Assembly: GCA_003971905.1 (NCBI GenBank)
Contig: RSEE01000039.1
Coordinates: 62,001-126,000 of the forward strand
Source of the DNA: Moniliella sp. 'wahieum'
Taxonomy: Eukaryota
Reading direction: 5' to 3'
Length of the DNA stretch: 64,000 nucleotides
In this document: piece after piece, positions 1-11,804 of the stretch
Layout of the letters: each line of letters opens with the position of its first letter
Position numbering within the stretch: position 1 is the stretch's first letter
Translations under genes and position numbers: made by a program
The notes under the pieces: generated by a model
Databases searched by the model: none
What the model saw: only the letters and a program-made list of their open reading frames with translations
What the model was told of the DNA's origin: nothing

Positions 1-370
1 ACCTCAACACCTGGTTCGACGAGATTGGGCTGCACGAGGAGTTCTGTACCGACGTCATCGCCCTGTTGGAGTGGAAACGGCATGCGGAGAGCGTGACGTG
101 GATGCGGCGACTGATCAAGTTCCTCGGCGTAACCGGGAACTAACTGGTACCCACGCTATGTATACCCCCCCCCCCTCCCACGCCACTCTCCTTCTTCCTG
201 GTCGAGTTAGATGCAGCGTGAGAGATGCGGCGGTTGGTGATCACGTTCGGCAGCTGTGCCAAGTAGGGGTGAACGTAAATATTCCAACAGATCGCATCCC
301 ATGCCCACCATCTACATACGCGGACGCACATTCGCAGACACGTCTGTCTCGAGTAAGGAAGAAAGGGTAG
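1..370 (+). CDS. Possible 3' end of an unidentified gene entering from the left edge
   Basis: A coding-like frame runs from base 2 (..LNTWFDEIGLHEEFCTDVIALLEWKRHAERD..). No family recognised and the end is uncertain. Confidence 0.3.
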   Translation, partial: PQHLVRRDWAARGVLYRRHRPVGVETACGERDVDAATDQVPRRNRELTGTHAMYTPPPSHATLLLPGRVRCSVRDAAVGDHVRQLCQVGVNVNIPTDRIPCPPSTYADAHSQTRLSRVRKKG

Positions 371-482
371 ATTGTACAAACAAGCTTTGAGCCGGGACGA
401 GGAGGACGGTCGGAGAGAAGTAACAACTTGACGCATAAGAGGGGGAGGAGGACCGCGCGGGCGTCTGCAAGGTGCTGGTTAG

Positions 483-917
483 TCATGCATGCCCATCAGG
501 GCGGCTCAGGGTCGAGAAGCGGAGCGGAACGGAAGGACGCACCAAAGCGAAGCTAGCGCATTGTCCTGTTCCAAACACGTTCTCCCCGCTGTACGACACA
601 TAGAGGAAGCCGTCCTTGTCACGGTGCTCGTCGTAGATCGCGCTCATCAGCGCCGCGGTCGCAGGCAAGACGTCATCGACAAAGATAAAGATTGCCTTCT
701 CGGGCGCCAAGCGGATACGCTTACGGATGACATAGACAAACTGGCCCACAGTCAGGTCGCTGGGGACCAAGTACTTTTTCTTGTCGATCGTCGGGATGTC
801 CGTCTTGTCCGCCTTCTCGCAGATGACGGGGATACGGTCCGGGTACTTGGCGCGGATGCGCTGGGCCTCCGCCTGGCGCTTCTCGAACGCGTGCTCTTCC
901 TTGAACTTGGATCGCAT
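483..917 (-). CDS. ATG8: Autophagy ubiquitin-like protein Atg8
   Basis: [35 protein letters not shown]...[23 protein letters not shown]...[11 protein letters not shown] at 917-915. Probable intron 542-465 (GTGCGT..GACTAAC..TTGCAG) lies after the conserved Gly, so the stop position is uncertain. Confidence 0.97.
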   Translation of the reverse strand: MRSKFKEEHAFEKRQAEAQRIRAKYPDRIPVICEKADKTDIPTIDKKKYLVPSDLTVGQFVYVIRKRIRLAPEKAIFIFVDDVLPATAALMSAIYDEHRDKDGFLYVSYSGENVFGTGQCASFALVRPSVPLRFSTLSRPDGHA

Positions 918-2141
918 GGGCTGGGGGAAGGGGTGGAGGAAGCGGGGACAGGCGGTGGCGGTGGTGGGGGGCTCAAGGCACTCTGCCGCTAGACAGGGGC
1001 GGAGTGGGTGGGCGGAGAGGGCGATAAGCAAAGCAACCCTACTGCTTGCCCCATTCCGCGCGCGGCGGGGTCTGTGCCACTTTCACGGTTGGTTACGTTG
1101 ATCACTTTAATCAATTGCCATTTTGCCCCGCTATGCCTTGTGTTGTTGAGCGGGCTGGCAGCCTTGGTTTGTGCCGCCTGCTCCACCGCCTCGACTGCTT
1201 CTTTTGTCACTGAAGACAGCATAAGATGCATAGCAAACGGACGAGCTGGGGCTTCGTACCCATCCCCCTTCCCCCCTCCCGCCTGGCTCCGTTCTGGCTG
1301 CCTCACCCTCTCCCCCAATCCCTTCTCCCCTCTGCCGCGTGTTTTGGCAAAACCTTTACCGACATCTATACGATCTGCTGCCATCGGTCATCCCCCACTC
1401 CCACACTGCATATTACCCCTTTTCCACACTCCCTCGCCTCTCCATCATGCCCCATTCCAATACACCGACACCGTCTTTGTTTCGTTGCGAAGGTGGGGGA
1501 GCTGGGCAACGTGGGAACTAACCATATATGGAGTAACCCCGACCCAACAGTAGTGCTCACAGCACGCCTATGGGATGGCGGCGTCACGCCCAATCCACAT
1601 TGGCCAACCTTGGACCATCCGACAACCGACAACCGACAGGAGCGGGTGGCAGACCGGTGCCATTGACAGTTTAGCCCCCGCGCCTTATCGTGGACGTGCG
1701 GCGGCAGGCATGGTCAAACGTGTTATGTTGGATTGGGTGAGAGCGGTACGCAAAAGCGCCAAAAACAAGGGGAAAGCGGGGGACAGGGAGAAGCGGGAAG
1801 AGGGGAAACGGGAAAGAAAGATGGCAACAGGGGTCCATACCATCACAGGCTGGCTAGTGGTGAAATCGGGAGGGTAGGGGTGAGAGATAAACACCTTGGA
1901 AGAGCATCCAATTCGGTCCACACCCTCTCGTCATGCATCATGGCTCTTGACGTCTCAACCGCTCACCCTCGTTCGCTCGTTTGTTCTCTGCCCAAGTGAA
2001 AATGATACAAAGCAAGTTCAAGGTGCTGAGGGGAGGCGAGGAAATGACCGAGTTGGCAGTCCAGGAAGTGCATGGAGGTACGAGGAGGAGGAGAGGGAAA
2101 GAGGGAAGAAGTATTGTGTCGCAAAAGCAAGGTCACCCCAC

Positions 2142-2735
2142 TTACTTCCACTCCTTGGAAATCTTAAACGACCAGGTAAAGTCAGTGTAGACATTGCCGT
2201 CGTCGTCAATGATCCTGCTGCGGACGACGTTGGTGCCGGAACGAGCGAGCATGCCGGATGGGGCTTCCTCGGTGATGAAACGCTTGGTGTAAGGCTCGGA
2301 CCGAGGGCCATAGGAGCCAATCATTTCCTCCAGCTTGTCCACTGTCACACCGGCGCGCTTGACCACGTGGAGATACTTGAGCCCGGAGAGAACGGTGGCA
2401 CCCACAGAGAAGGTGATGGCAATGTTGTACTCGACGCCCTCCTTGATGGACAGAGGGTGCTTGCGCAGTGCCTCCAGCGCCTCGGGGGATCCATCGAGCC
2501 TGATCTGCACGCTGCCGGGGGCAGAGGGAGACTCGAGGGCGAGGGTGTGAACAGTAAGCTTGGGCCCACCGACGGCCTTGGCGTCGCCGGTGATGCCAAG
2601 CGAAGCCTTCCACTTGTTGAGGGAGTCGTCGTTGGCGTCCAGCTGGGTATACTCGTCGAGCGTCTTCTTCTCGCCGACCTTGAAGCCCTGGGTCTGGGTA
2701 GGCTGGAGCTCCTCGTCGCGGATGTGGTCGCCCAT
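2142..2735 (-). CDS. RDI1: Rho GDP-dissociation inhibitor
   Basis: Intact 197-aa ORF with GFKVGEKKTLDEY..LDANDDSLNKWKASLG, IKEGVEY, EEMIGSYGP, EEAPSGMLARSG and WSFKISKEW. Confidence 0.96.
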   Translation of the reverse strand: MGDHIRDEELQPTQTQGFKVGEKKTLDEYTQLDANDDSLNKWKASLGITGDAKAVGGPKLTVHTLALESPSAPGSVQIRLDGSPEALEALRKHPLSIKEGVEYNIAITFSVGATVLSGLKYLHVVKRAGVTVDKLEEMIGSYGPRSEPYTKRFITEEAPSGMLARSGTNVVRSRIIDDDGNVYTDFTWSFKISKEWK

Positions 2736-3188
2736 GGTGAGAGGTAAGCGGGAGGAGAGGGAGAGGGGGGGTGCGGATGTGGGGGTGGGTGATGGTGGCT
2801 GGGGATGGGATTAGACGGGCCGGGGGGTCGGCGGTCGCTCGTCGGGTGAGCGCTGTGGGTTGCGTTGGCCGGAGCTTCGTCTGCGCCACTTGGGCTGCCA
2901 CGTGTCGCGGCGCCCCGACAGGGCACCAGGCCAGTGTCCACCTCGGCGCCGGCTGCGCTGCCTGCCCCGCCACGCCCCTCCTCCGCTGCGGTGGGCCAGG
3001 ATATTGATATCGATAGCCTCCCACTGGCCTGCTCCACACCGCTTACCCTCACCGGTCACCGCCACCCCCCGCGGGCTGACGTAACCGCGCGCACCGCCTA
3101 CGCCGCCGCCAGTGCGCCGCAGCCAGCGCCGGACATTCAACGTCGCAACATGTAACACTGACAGATCGCTCATGCATTTCGGGCCCCG

Positions 3189-4687
3189 CTACGCCGCCCA
3201 GACCAGCTCCACGTCCAGGCGGATCGGCAACTTGGGATCTGTCACCGACACTGTCACCGACTGTGTTCCGGCCTCTGTTGGGCCCAGGTCCGCGGCAAGC
3301 AGGTCGGTCAGGCACTTGTCCAGATTGGGCCGTAGCGGCGCCTCCAAGGGCGAAGGCCGCTGGAAGTAGAGTGGCGTCCCCGCCGAGGTCGACAGGGACG
3401 GGCTGGTCAGGCCCAAGTCGTCCTGTTCGACCAAATATGCCAGGAGATCAGCCAAGGTCCAGCCTTGTTGGGCCAGAATCTGCCGCGTGGTGCCGCCGCA
3501 GACGGGACAGTCGTCCCGCTTCTCGTAGGGGTAGGTGTACGTGTACACACCTGCATTACCAGTGTACATCATGTAGTTGTTGAGATACGGTGCGGAGGAG
3601 GTGGCGAACTTGAGCGCTTCCTGTGTGCACGCCGCAGCGACAATCGCGTTGGTCGATGCGATGGCTGGGATGATGCGCTTGACTACGCCCTGGGTCAACG
3701 ACCAGGTCACTCCATCAATGCCAAATTCGTGTGCACGTTCCAGGGCCTTGTTGTACAACCAACTGATCTGGTCAGCGTCGTCCCCATCAATCTTCTTATC
3801 CTCACCCATCTCCTTGGGCCACTGCAGCACCGCTGCCCACTCAATGCAGTGCTCAGGCAACCGCGGCGTATTGGCAATGGTGCAGATCGGGAACGCCATC
3901 TGCTGACCGAGCAAATCAAGCGAGCACTCGTAGCAGCTCGTGATCGTCGGCAGGATCACACGCGCTTGCCCTCGAAATCCCTCGGTGCCCCCATCAATCA
4001 GGACTTTGAACATGTCGGGATCGTCAGGATGGTCCTGGGTCATGCCCACCAACGTTTTGTTTATCCACCTCCTGGCCTCCACGCTGTCCAGCCCACAGAT
4101 GACCAACTGAAACTTGGCATAATACGAGATGGGCTTGTCCTGGATCTTTCCATGGTACCTGGCAAATCGGCCGCACGTCAGTCGGGGGAGGGTGTCATTG
4201 ACGAAGCAGAGAAAGGCGGGACGTACGCATTCACCTTGGTCCCCGGAACGCGGCGCTGGACAAACTCAGCAGCAACTACAGCTTTGGGCCTCCCCACGTC
4301 GGCATCACGAAAGAGGAATTGGCGGTTGAGATTGGAGATGTCAATGGTATCCATGTCAATCACGTCGATCTCCTTGAATCCGCTCAGGGCCAGGTTGGCG
4401 AGGATCTCACCCCAGGCCGCCTGCACCGATTACCAGAACGCGCACTTGATCACGCAACGCTTGTCGGGCGCTGAGGTGGGGGGAAATAGTTAGCGCACGC
4501 ACCTCCTTGTCAGGCGCATGACACGTACGCAGCAGCATTGAATCCCTCCTGGGTCCAGGCTGGGAGCAGGCGGACACACACGACCGTTAGCTTCGAGCGG
4601 GCATCGTCGGGAGGAGAGGCAGTACTCACGTCCGGGGCGAGATAAGACCTTGTCCACATGGGCGGATCGCGAAGAAAGGGTAGTCAT
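3189..4687 (-). CDS. UBA3: NEDD8-activating enzyme E1 catalytic subunit (multi-exon)
   Basis: [47 protein letters not shown], catalytic [20 protein letters not shown] and [13 protein letters not shown] at 4687; short introns near 4630, 4500 and 4230. Confidence 0.94.
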
Positions 4688-5841
4688 GGCGAGGGTGGTG
4701 GTGGAAGCAGGATCAGGCGGCAGAGAGGTGGCAATCGCCAGCGGCGGCGGAGGGACATGTGTGCGGGGATGACCTCACCGCTGCCCCAGTCGTTGATTCC
4801 GCGCCGGGGCCACCGTCGCAACGGCAGCGTTTCCGCGGTCCCAGTGCAGAACCACGTGACGTGTGACGTGTACCCCTCTGTGATGTCGAAGTAAATCACG
4901 CATCCCATCTCTTAGTTCCATATCGGAGGGTGGAAAGAAAAGTGCCAACAACCCTACTGCCCCCGACCTACACGTGACTGGCCGGGGCGGGCCACGCCAA
5001 TCATCGGGCATATGACAGAGTCGCGTCGACGCGCCCCTCCACCCCCTTAAATGCCCCCTACCCGTACTCCCCGCCGGTGCCCCCATTGCGACACCGACGC
5101 CCACACTCGCACACGGTGCCCTTTCAATCCACGCCCACGGTTGTGCCCCCACTGCCCTCGAGGGCTCGATCCATGTAACGTGGTGGGTCACTCAGGTTGG
5201 TGGGGTACAATCCCTTAGGTGAAGGACGACTCACGGTAGTTTCGGGGTTGGGCTACTTGGTGGATCCGAGCTAGGAGGAGAAGCCTTTGGACGTGAAGCC
5301 GAGGCGGCTGCGCGCGTGGCAAGCTGCGTATACGCCGGCTGAAGGGGTAGTAACGTGTCTGAACCCTCCGGGGCTGAGCGCTGAGCGACGGGTAGATGGA
5401 GTGGAGTGGAGCGGACAGACACTTCCAGGGCTGAGGCATGGCAGTGGCTGTGAAAGGAACCCACGCGACATGCTGAGGTACGGAGAACCGACGCGGCTGA
5501 TGGAAGGCTCGCGCGACTGGGCAGATGGAAAGATAGAGTCCGACTTGGGAGCACTCGCGATCCTATGGATGGGCTGCAAAGCAGCCTTCAGACAGGCGTG
5601 AAGGCAAAGAAGTGAGCCACAAGTCTTCAGGCAACATCTGAATTGAAGGGAAGGAGACAGGAGAGAGAGAAGGGAGATGAAGCGAGCAGGGCGCGAGCGG
5701 AACTCTTTCGACCGGTTAAGCGAGAAGCTGCGAAGGCACTAAGAATGTCATCCGATACTTCCTCGTGTGACATGTGTGTGACAGTGCAAGTGACCAATGC
5801 TTAGTGACATCACTGCCCCCACGTGCTGAGGAGCGGGGCGG

Positions 5842-5852
5842 AAACCCTAACC
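5842..5852 (+). promoter_or_regulatory. Telo-box-like motif AAACCCTAACC upstream of EF1-beta
   Basis: Telomere-repeat-like word about 210 bp upstream of the ATG at 6058. Confidence 0.4.
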
Positions 5853-6057
5853 TCCATAATCGAAACCGAGCCGCAACGAAATCATCGAATGTGGAGGCCG
5901 CTGCTGGCGCGCCGCCTTGGCTGTGCTCTGGGCTCACGAAGAAAAAAAAGTGCAAGCGCCGCTCCCGGGCAGTGTCTCTCTAAGCATTTATAGACCGCCT
6001 TCTCGCTCGCCCTCTCGCTCGCTGCTTGCCTCCACCACCTCTTCCTCCATCGCCAGC

Positions 6058-6938
6058 ATGTCCCTCCCCGACTTCAGCAACGCTGCTGCCCTCGCCGGTC
6101 TGGACAAGTTCCTCGCCGACAAGTCCTACGTGGTCGGGTACGTGTCCCTCTTCCCTTCCTCCCTCTGCCTGATGATCTTAATGCTGTGGTCCGTGTTTCC
6201 GAGCCCAGCGGCGTAAGACCCCGCGACTTTCTTGCTGTGAAGACAACAACTTCTATGGCACTCTGAACCTTTCTACCCTGCGCCACCCCTCTCTTGGATG
6301 GCACTGGCTGACCATGTGGTTCTGTTGACAGCGCTGAACCCTCCCAGGCGGATGTGGCCACGTACGAAGCTGTTGCCCGCCGTGTGTTTGCTCAGTACCC
6401 TCACGTCGGCCGGTGGTTTGGCCATGTTGCCTCGTACGAGGCTGAGCACCCGGCCTTGAAGGGCGACAAGGCCGCAGCTGCCCAGGCCCTCGCTGCTGCC
6501 GGTGTGGTTGGCCAGGCTGCGGCGCCTGCGGCCGCGGCGGAGGACGACGATGATGAGGTCGACCTCTTTGGCTCGGACGACGAGGTGGACCCCGAGGCGG
6601 AGCGGGTCAAGGCCGAGCGTGTGGCCGAGTACGAGAAGAAGAAGGCGTCCAAGGGCCCCAAGGGTCCGGCCAAGTCGGTCGTCACGCTCGAGGTTAAGCC
6701 GTGGGACGATGAGACGCCGATGGCTGAGCTGGAGAAGACTGTGCGCTCCATCGAGCGCGAGGGCCTCATCTGGGGCTCCTCCAAGCTTGTGCCCGTTGGC
6801 TACGGCGTGCACAAGCTCCAAATCACCCTGGTTGTCGAGGACGACAAGGTGTCCTTGGACGACGTGCAGGAGAGCATTGAGACTGCCGGCGAGGACTATG
6901 TCCAGTCGACGGACATTGCTGCCATGCAGAAGCTCTAA
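6058..6938 (+). CDS. EFB1: Translation elongation factor 1-beta (exons 6058-6137 and 6332-6938)
   Basis: [21 protein letters not shown] joined in frame across a GTACGT..CTGAC..ACAG intron; [36 protein letters not shown] and [12 protein letters not shown]. Confidence 0.97.
6165..6270 (+). ncRNA. snR18: Intronic box C/D snoRNA U18/snR18
   Basis: Box C TGATGA 6170-6175; guide TGGTCCGTGTTT 6187-6198 (the U18 antisense element to LSU rRNA) followed by D' CCGA 6199-6202; C'-like TGAAGA 6238-6243; box D CTGA 6263-6266. Same host intron as yeast snR18. Confidence 0.88.
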
Positions 6939-7392
6939 GTGGCGGTACTTGTGCTCCCTGGAAGCTTTGGGCGTCCACACTGGGGCACTTTGCTTGCCCG
7001 TCTCGAAGTGCCTGTGTTGCGCCTTGCTTCCCCCTCCCCTCACTCGTATATCCACCCTCCCCCCCCCCTCTCCTTCCCTGCATTTGTACCACCACCCCAT
7101 GAACCTGAGCAGACACGCGGTGTCATGCTCCTCCCCCTAGTGGCTGTTGTGACTGTAGTTCGATGTTCATAGTCCGTACCGGTGCGTGAGTCGAGGGCAG
7201 GGTGCGAGTGGCAGTGGCGGGCAGAGACGGACGCCAGGGCGGCGCGCCGACCCCATGCAGATGTGTACGTAAGGGCGGGTGCGCGGGGCCAGTGTGCCAC
7301 ATCTGCGTGTTTGGCAGACGCGACGGGCAGGGTGTAGGATTGGCAGCTCGGCAGCAGCAAACGCGTCGTCTGCCACCACCTCCGCCCCCACC

Positions 7393-10368
7393 ATGGCCGA
7401 GCCACCCGAGAGTGCTGCGCCCTGGCGCCGCTCTGTCTCCCACTCCATCGACGGCGATGCACCCGACGACGTCTCCAACCGCTCCTCGGGCAGCAGGCGC
7501 CGCACCTCCTATGTCAACCTCGCCGTCCCCCAGCCCAGCTACGCCTACGGCGCCCCGCCCGACGAGACCACACGCAACTCCAAGATCGTAGGCCGCAACG
7601 GCCACCGCGAGTCGGCCGGCTCAGCTGGCTCGGCTGTGTCTGTGTCCGGTGGCGCGTCAGCAAACGGAGAGGAGCGCTGCCGGCAAACGAGCGCTACGCC
7701 CTCCTCCGCGCCCAGCGCCGTTCGGCTGCCATCCTCACCGCCGAGGCCAGCGAGCGGCAGACCCAAGTGCGCCAGGAGAGGCAAGGCCGAGCCGTACGTG
7801 CTGATCCTGCGTCTCCCCGCAGACTTGCACGCGACCCCCCCATCGAGGAAGAAGACGAAGATGAAGAGGAGGAGGAGACGCGCCATTCCCAGCAAGGCAC
7901 TCCAGTTCCCCACCTACCCTCCTCCGGGCGGCTCTTCCCTCGGCCTGCCAGTGGGCCTCCTACAGCTTCCAGCGGCCTGCTTGTTGCCGCTCAGAAAAGG
8001 GGAAATATCCTTTCTTCCCCTCGACCAGGCCCAGCTTCGACCACAGGATCGGGAACAGCGAGCTACGATTATGCCGACGAGTCTGCCATGGCGCGCGACT
8101 TGATGAACCACATGACTCCCAGCGCGAGCCGCGTCTCTTCTCCGCCCATTGAGGCGCCTGCACCCCCCTCCCTCCCTCCTTCCAAACAGAGGCCACAAGC
8201 GCCTGCTCAGGCCCGGAGAAAGAAACGGGGGACCCAGGACCCCGTCTTCCGCCCCACAGCCGAGCCTTCCTCGGATGCGGAGCCTGAGCAGATCGTACTC
8301 ACTGCCGATGACCATCGAGCGCTGATGGAGGCCCAACAGGGGCGGAGGCGTCGAGCCCGCCCGAGCCATGACGATGCTCAATTCCGTCCCGACGAGTCGG
8401 ACGACGACTCGTCGGACGGACGCAAACGTACCTCCCGTCGCCCCACCCGGGCGCGGACTGCGACCAAAGCCCAACCCGTGATCCAGCAGCCTCGTACAGG
8501 AGCCAAGGGGATGGTGAATGGCTCGGTTCCCTTTGGTCGGCCCCTGGAGGAAGAGGAAGAGGAGGCCGACTTGGCCGAGGTGAAGAACTGACGATTTCCG
8601 ATCGAGAGAACGGATTGAAGTGGATCGGCCTCGGCCCAGCCTCCATTCCCTGGTCCTTCCTCAAGACGCGGGCTGGTGTTGCTGTCCTTGTGGGTATACT
8701 GGTCGCTTTATGTGCAGTTCTTTACCCCCTGGCGTTCCCGTCACGAGGGATGTATGTACCCCCGTCCACTCCTCCACGGGACATCATGGCCTTAGCCCAG
8801 CGGCTGCATAAGCTCGAGCAAGCTGTCGGGTCTATGAGCAGTCTCCATGGTTCTCAGCTTACTGCGCTGAAACATGAGTTTGGAAGAACCAAGGCCGAAC
8901 TTTCTGAGCGCCTGGGCAGAGTTGAGCACCACAACCAAGCAGGACAGAAGACGATTGATTCGTTGGAGAGCCAGGCTGCTGAACTGCGCAAAGAACTGGT
9001 GCGCCTGACGGGTCAGGTGGCGGAAAAGGAGCGTGGACTCAAGGCTGAATTGGCTGCGCTTTCCCGTCGCCTTCACCCTGGACGAGGCGAGTGGCTCCAC
9101 CTCCACCCTGGCCGCTGAGCTCAAGAGCAAGATCGCTTCGGTCGAGACGTCCTTACGCAAGATCACCACCGACACCTCTCAGTTAATGCAAGCGCGTTCG
9201 GACGCGCAAGCCCAGCACGCCGCACTTCTGGATCGACTGGCAGGACTAGAAAGTCCCTGCCCGCACAGATGGTAGTGCGAGGGTGGGGGCGGGACTGGAA
9301 ATCGACCCTACCTTTTGGACCGAACTGCGGAAACATGTTGCCCATGGGAACGACGAGCAGCTCCGCCGCCAAGTCAAGCAGGATACCCTCGCGCTCTTGT
9401 CGGATCCCCAGGGGCTGGCAGATACCCAACTGGTCTCTCGGCACGACTTTGCTGCCCTGGTACGCGGAGAGCTACAGGTCCTCCAAGCCCAGCTAGAGAC
9501 CAAGTTTACCGAGCGTCTTGGGGAGGTCCAGAACGACGTGTGGGACCGCTTGCGCAAGACAGCTAAGACATACACCGATGCTGGCTCCCTCGACCGTACC
9601 TCGGCCCGGTTCATTGACCGTCTCCTCCGACCGGGAGACACGCCGCCCGCTGCCGCCTCGGCTCCCCTCGAAGGATCCGCCTCGGTTCTGGCCTTGATTG
9701 ATGCTGCGCTTGAGCGCTACTCGGCGGACAAACTGGCCAGGCCAGACTACGCCCTGTACACCATCGGCGGCCGTGTTGTACCGAGCCTCACCAGTCCATC
9801 CTACTCCCCCTCGCAGCCGGCTGGCTCGGTTCGATGGTACGCGCCATCACACCCGTTCCTTTGGGACAGAGCATGCCACCACCTCGTGCGCCGGTCGTTG
9901 CTCTCCACCCCGACACGACGCCCGGGATGTGCTGGGCGTTTGCCGGGTCAGAAGGTCAATTGGGCATTGCGCTGTTCAAGCCGGTCGTCGTACAGACATC
10001 ACAATTGAACATGTGCCGCGCTCGCTTGTGCACGACGCACGTGCGGCACCGAGAGAGGTGCAAGTCTGGGGCCTAATGAGCAGCGAGCAAGACAAAGAGA
10101 CGTACCTTGCCTATCGCCACGCCCTCTCCTCCGACTCGAGCTCCACTGCTGAACCAATGCCTGTGCCGCCCGACGACGACTACCTCTACCTCGGCACCGT
10201 CACCTACGACGCCTCGCCGCACACGCGGGCGATCCAAACGTTCCCCGTGCCGCCGGCGGTGCGGGCGCTGCGGATCCCCACCTCGGTACTTCGGTTCCGG
10301 TTCGTAGGCAACCATGGTAACCCGAGTTCACCTGTATCTACCGCGTACGCGTACATGGCGATGAATAA
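7393..10368 (+). CDS. SUN-domain inner nuclear membrane protein (Sad1/UNC-84 family), frameshifted in the assembly
   Basis: Low-complexity N-terminus, one TM segment (about 8670-8730) and a coiled coil. SUN motifs follow: RPDYALYTIGGRVVPSLTSPSY, PGMCWAFAGSEGQLGI, ITIEHVP, APREVQVWG, GNHGNP..TCIYRVRVHG; TAA at 10366-10368. Confidence 0.9.
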
Positions 10369-10580
10369 GACTTGCGCACCTTTGTCCTGCCTCTGTCCTG
10401 TCTGCTACCCCCCGATCTGACTACCCTGGTGAGCGAATTGAGGATTGCAGTGGTTCATATGAACACGTCTTATAGATTAAGGCAAAAAAAGTAGTGGGCA
10501 ATGGAAGAAAGAGCTAGAGCTGGGTGGATTTCCTCACCCCCCCCCCCCCCCTGGACCCAAGCCCGCAGATAGTGACCCAG

Positions 10581-11105
10581 TCAGACCAGGGAGGGCTTAC
10601 AACTGGATAAAGCCCAGCGAGATCCAGGCGACAATGAGCGAAATGCCGCCCAAGGGGGTAAGGGGCCAATGATTTTAGCCGCCTTGCCCCCGGGGTAAGG
10701 AAGGAGGGGGTGTGTAGATACCAAAGCTAAAGCGAGGATACCAGTGGTAAACAGACCGCTCGCCACCTCGCCCGCCCGACTGCGCGTCGCAACGCCGCTA
10801 AACGTCAGTCCTGCCAGAGCAAGCGTGTGAATCAGCTGGTACTGCACCGCCGTCCGCCACATGGCGAGACCTGTGTCCAGGGTTAATAACGAGTCAGCAA
10901 TTCCTGATTCGCAATCCGCAATCTACAGTCCGCAGGGGCAGGGCACAGGCGGCAGGGGAGAAGAGGTAAGGCCAGGAAGGAGACAGATACGCACGGAGCT
11001 CAGTGACCTTGCCGGCGAGGCCATGGGAGCCATAGGCACCGGCAAAGACGGCGGTGGAGCCAAAGAAGGCGGTGACGATGGGCAGGTTGCGCAAAAGAGA
11101 GACAT
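10581..11105 (-). CDS. TMEM256 / DUF423 small membrane protein
   Basis: GSTAVFAGAYGSHGL ... WRTAVQYQLIHTLAL ... GPLPP; one intron at about 10880-10990. Confidence 0.85.
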
Positions 11106-11769
11106 GGTGGGCTGGAGGGAAGGGGAGGGCGGTGGTGGTGGGGATGGTGGGGGATAGTGGGGGATGGTGGGGGATGGGGGGGGATGAATGGGGTATGGGA
11201 AGGCCCAGTGGCCCAATCTTAACCAGGCTCCGAATCGCTCCGCGCCGCAGCACCGCCAAAGGCCCTGGCCAGGTCCGTGCCCTCGGGGGCGCCCCGCCTT
11301 ACTCGGCTGCGGAGTTGAACGTTCAAATCCCTCGCTGCATTGTCCGGAGGATACACATGGTGGGTGGCCATTGGCGACTGCCCCCCTGCCGCTCTCGCCA
11401 GATGACGTCGATACCGGACATAGCCGGACACAAGGTGTGACCTGTGGCCGCACCGCGGCAGTCGTCCTGGTTCGACGCGCGTTTCCACGGCACAGGAGCC
11501 TGTTTGGCGACACAAGTGGTGCGTCCGGTCTGCTCTTCGTCCTCACCCCTCCAACTCCAACTCCTCGGATTGCCTCCGCAGCCATCACTTCAATCGGTAG
11601 CCCTCGCTCTCCGGCCATACCACGTGCCTCTCTTTGCTGCGGACGGGGAGAAAGCAGTAAGCAGCGTCACCGGTCAGCGGGTCTCATCACCGACGCCGAA
11701 GAAGAGAGATGAGGTTCTCAGAAACTCGGAGATATAACCCACCCATACGGAGAGGGTAAAGCAACCAGC

Positions 11770-11804
11770 ATCGACCATCGACCATCGACCATCGACCATC
11801 GACC
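11770..11804. repeat. (ATCGACC)x5 tandem repeat
   Basis: Five exact 7-mers read directly. Confidence 0.9.

Noticed and set aside
3465..4493. Long antisense ORFs over real genes (also 1896-2747, 6273-7100, 57789-58820)
   Set aside because: Expected shadows of GC-rich codon usage on the opposite strand.
4700..5800. ncRNA or small gene in the UBA3-EFB1 divergent spacer
   Set aside because: No recognisable RNA family motif or convincing ORF on either strand.
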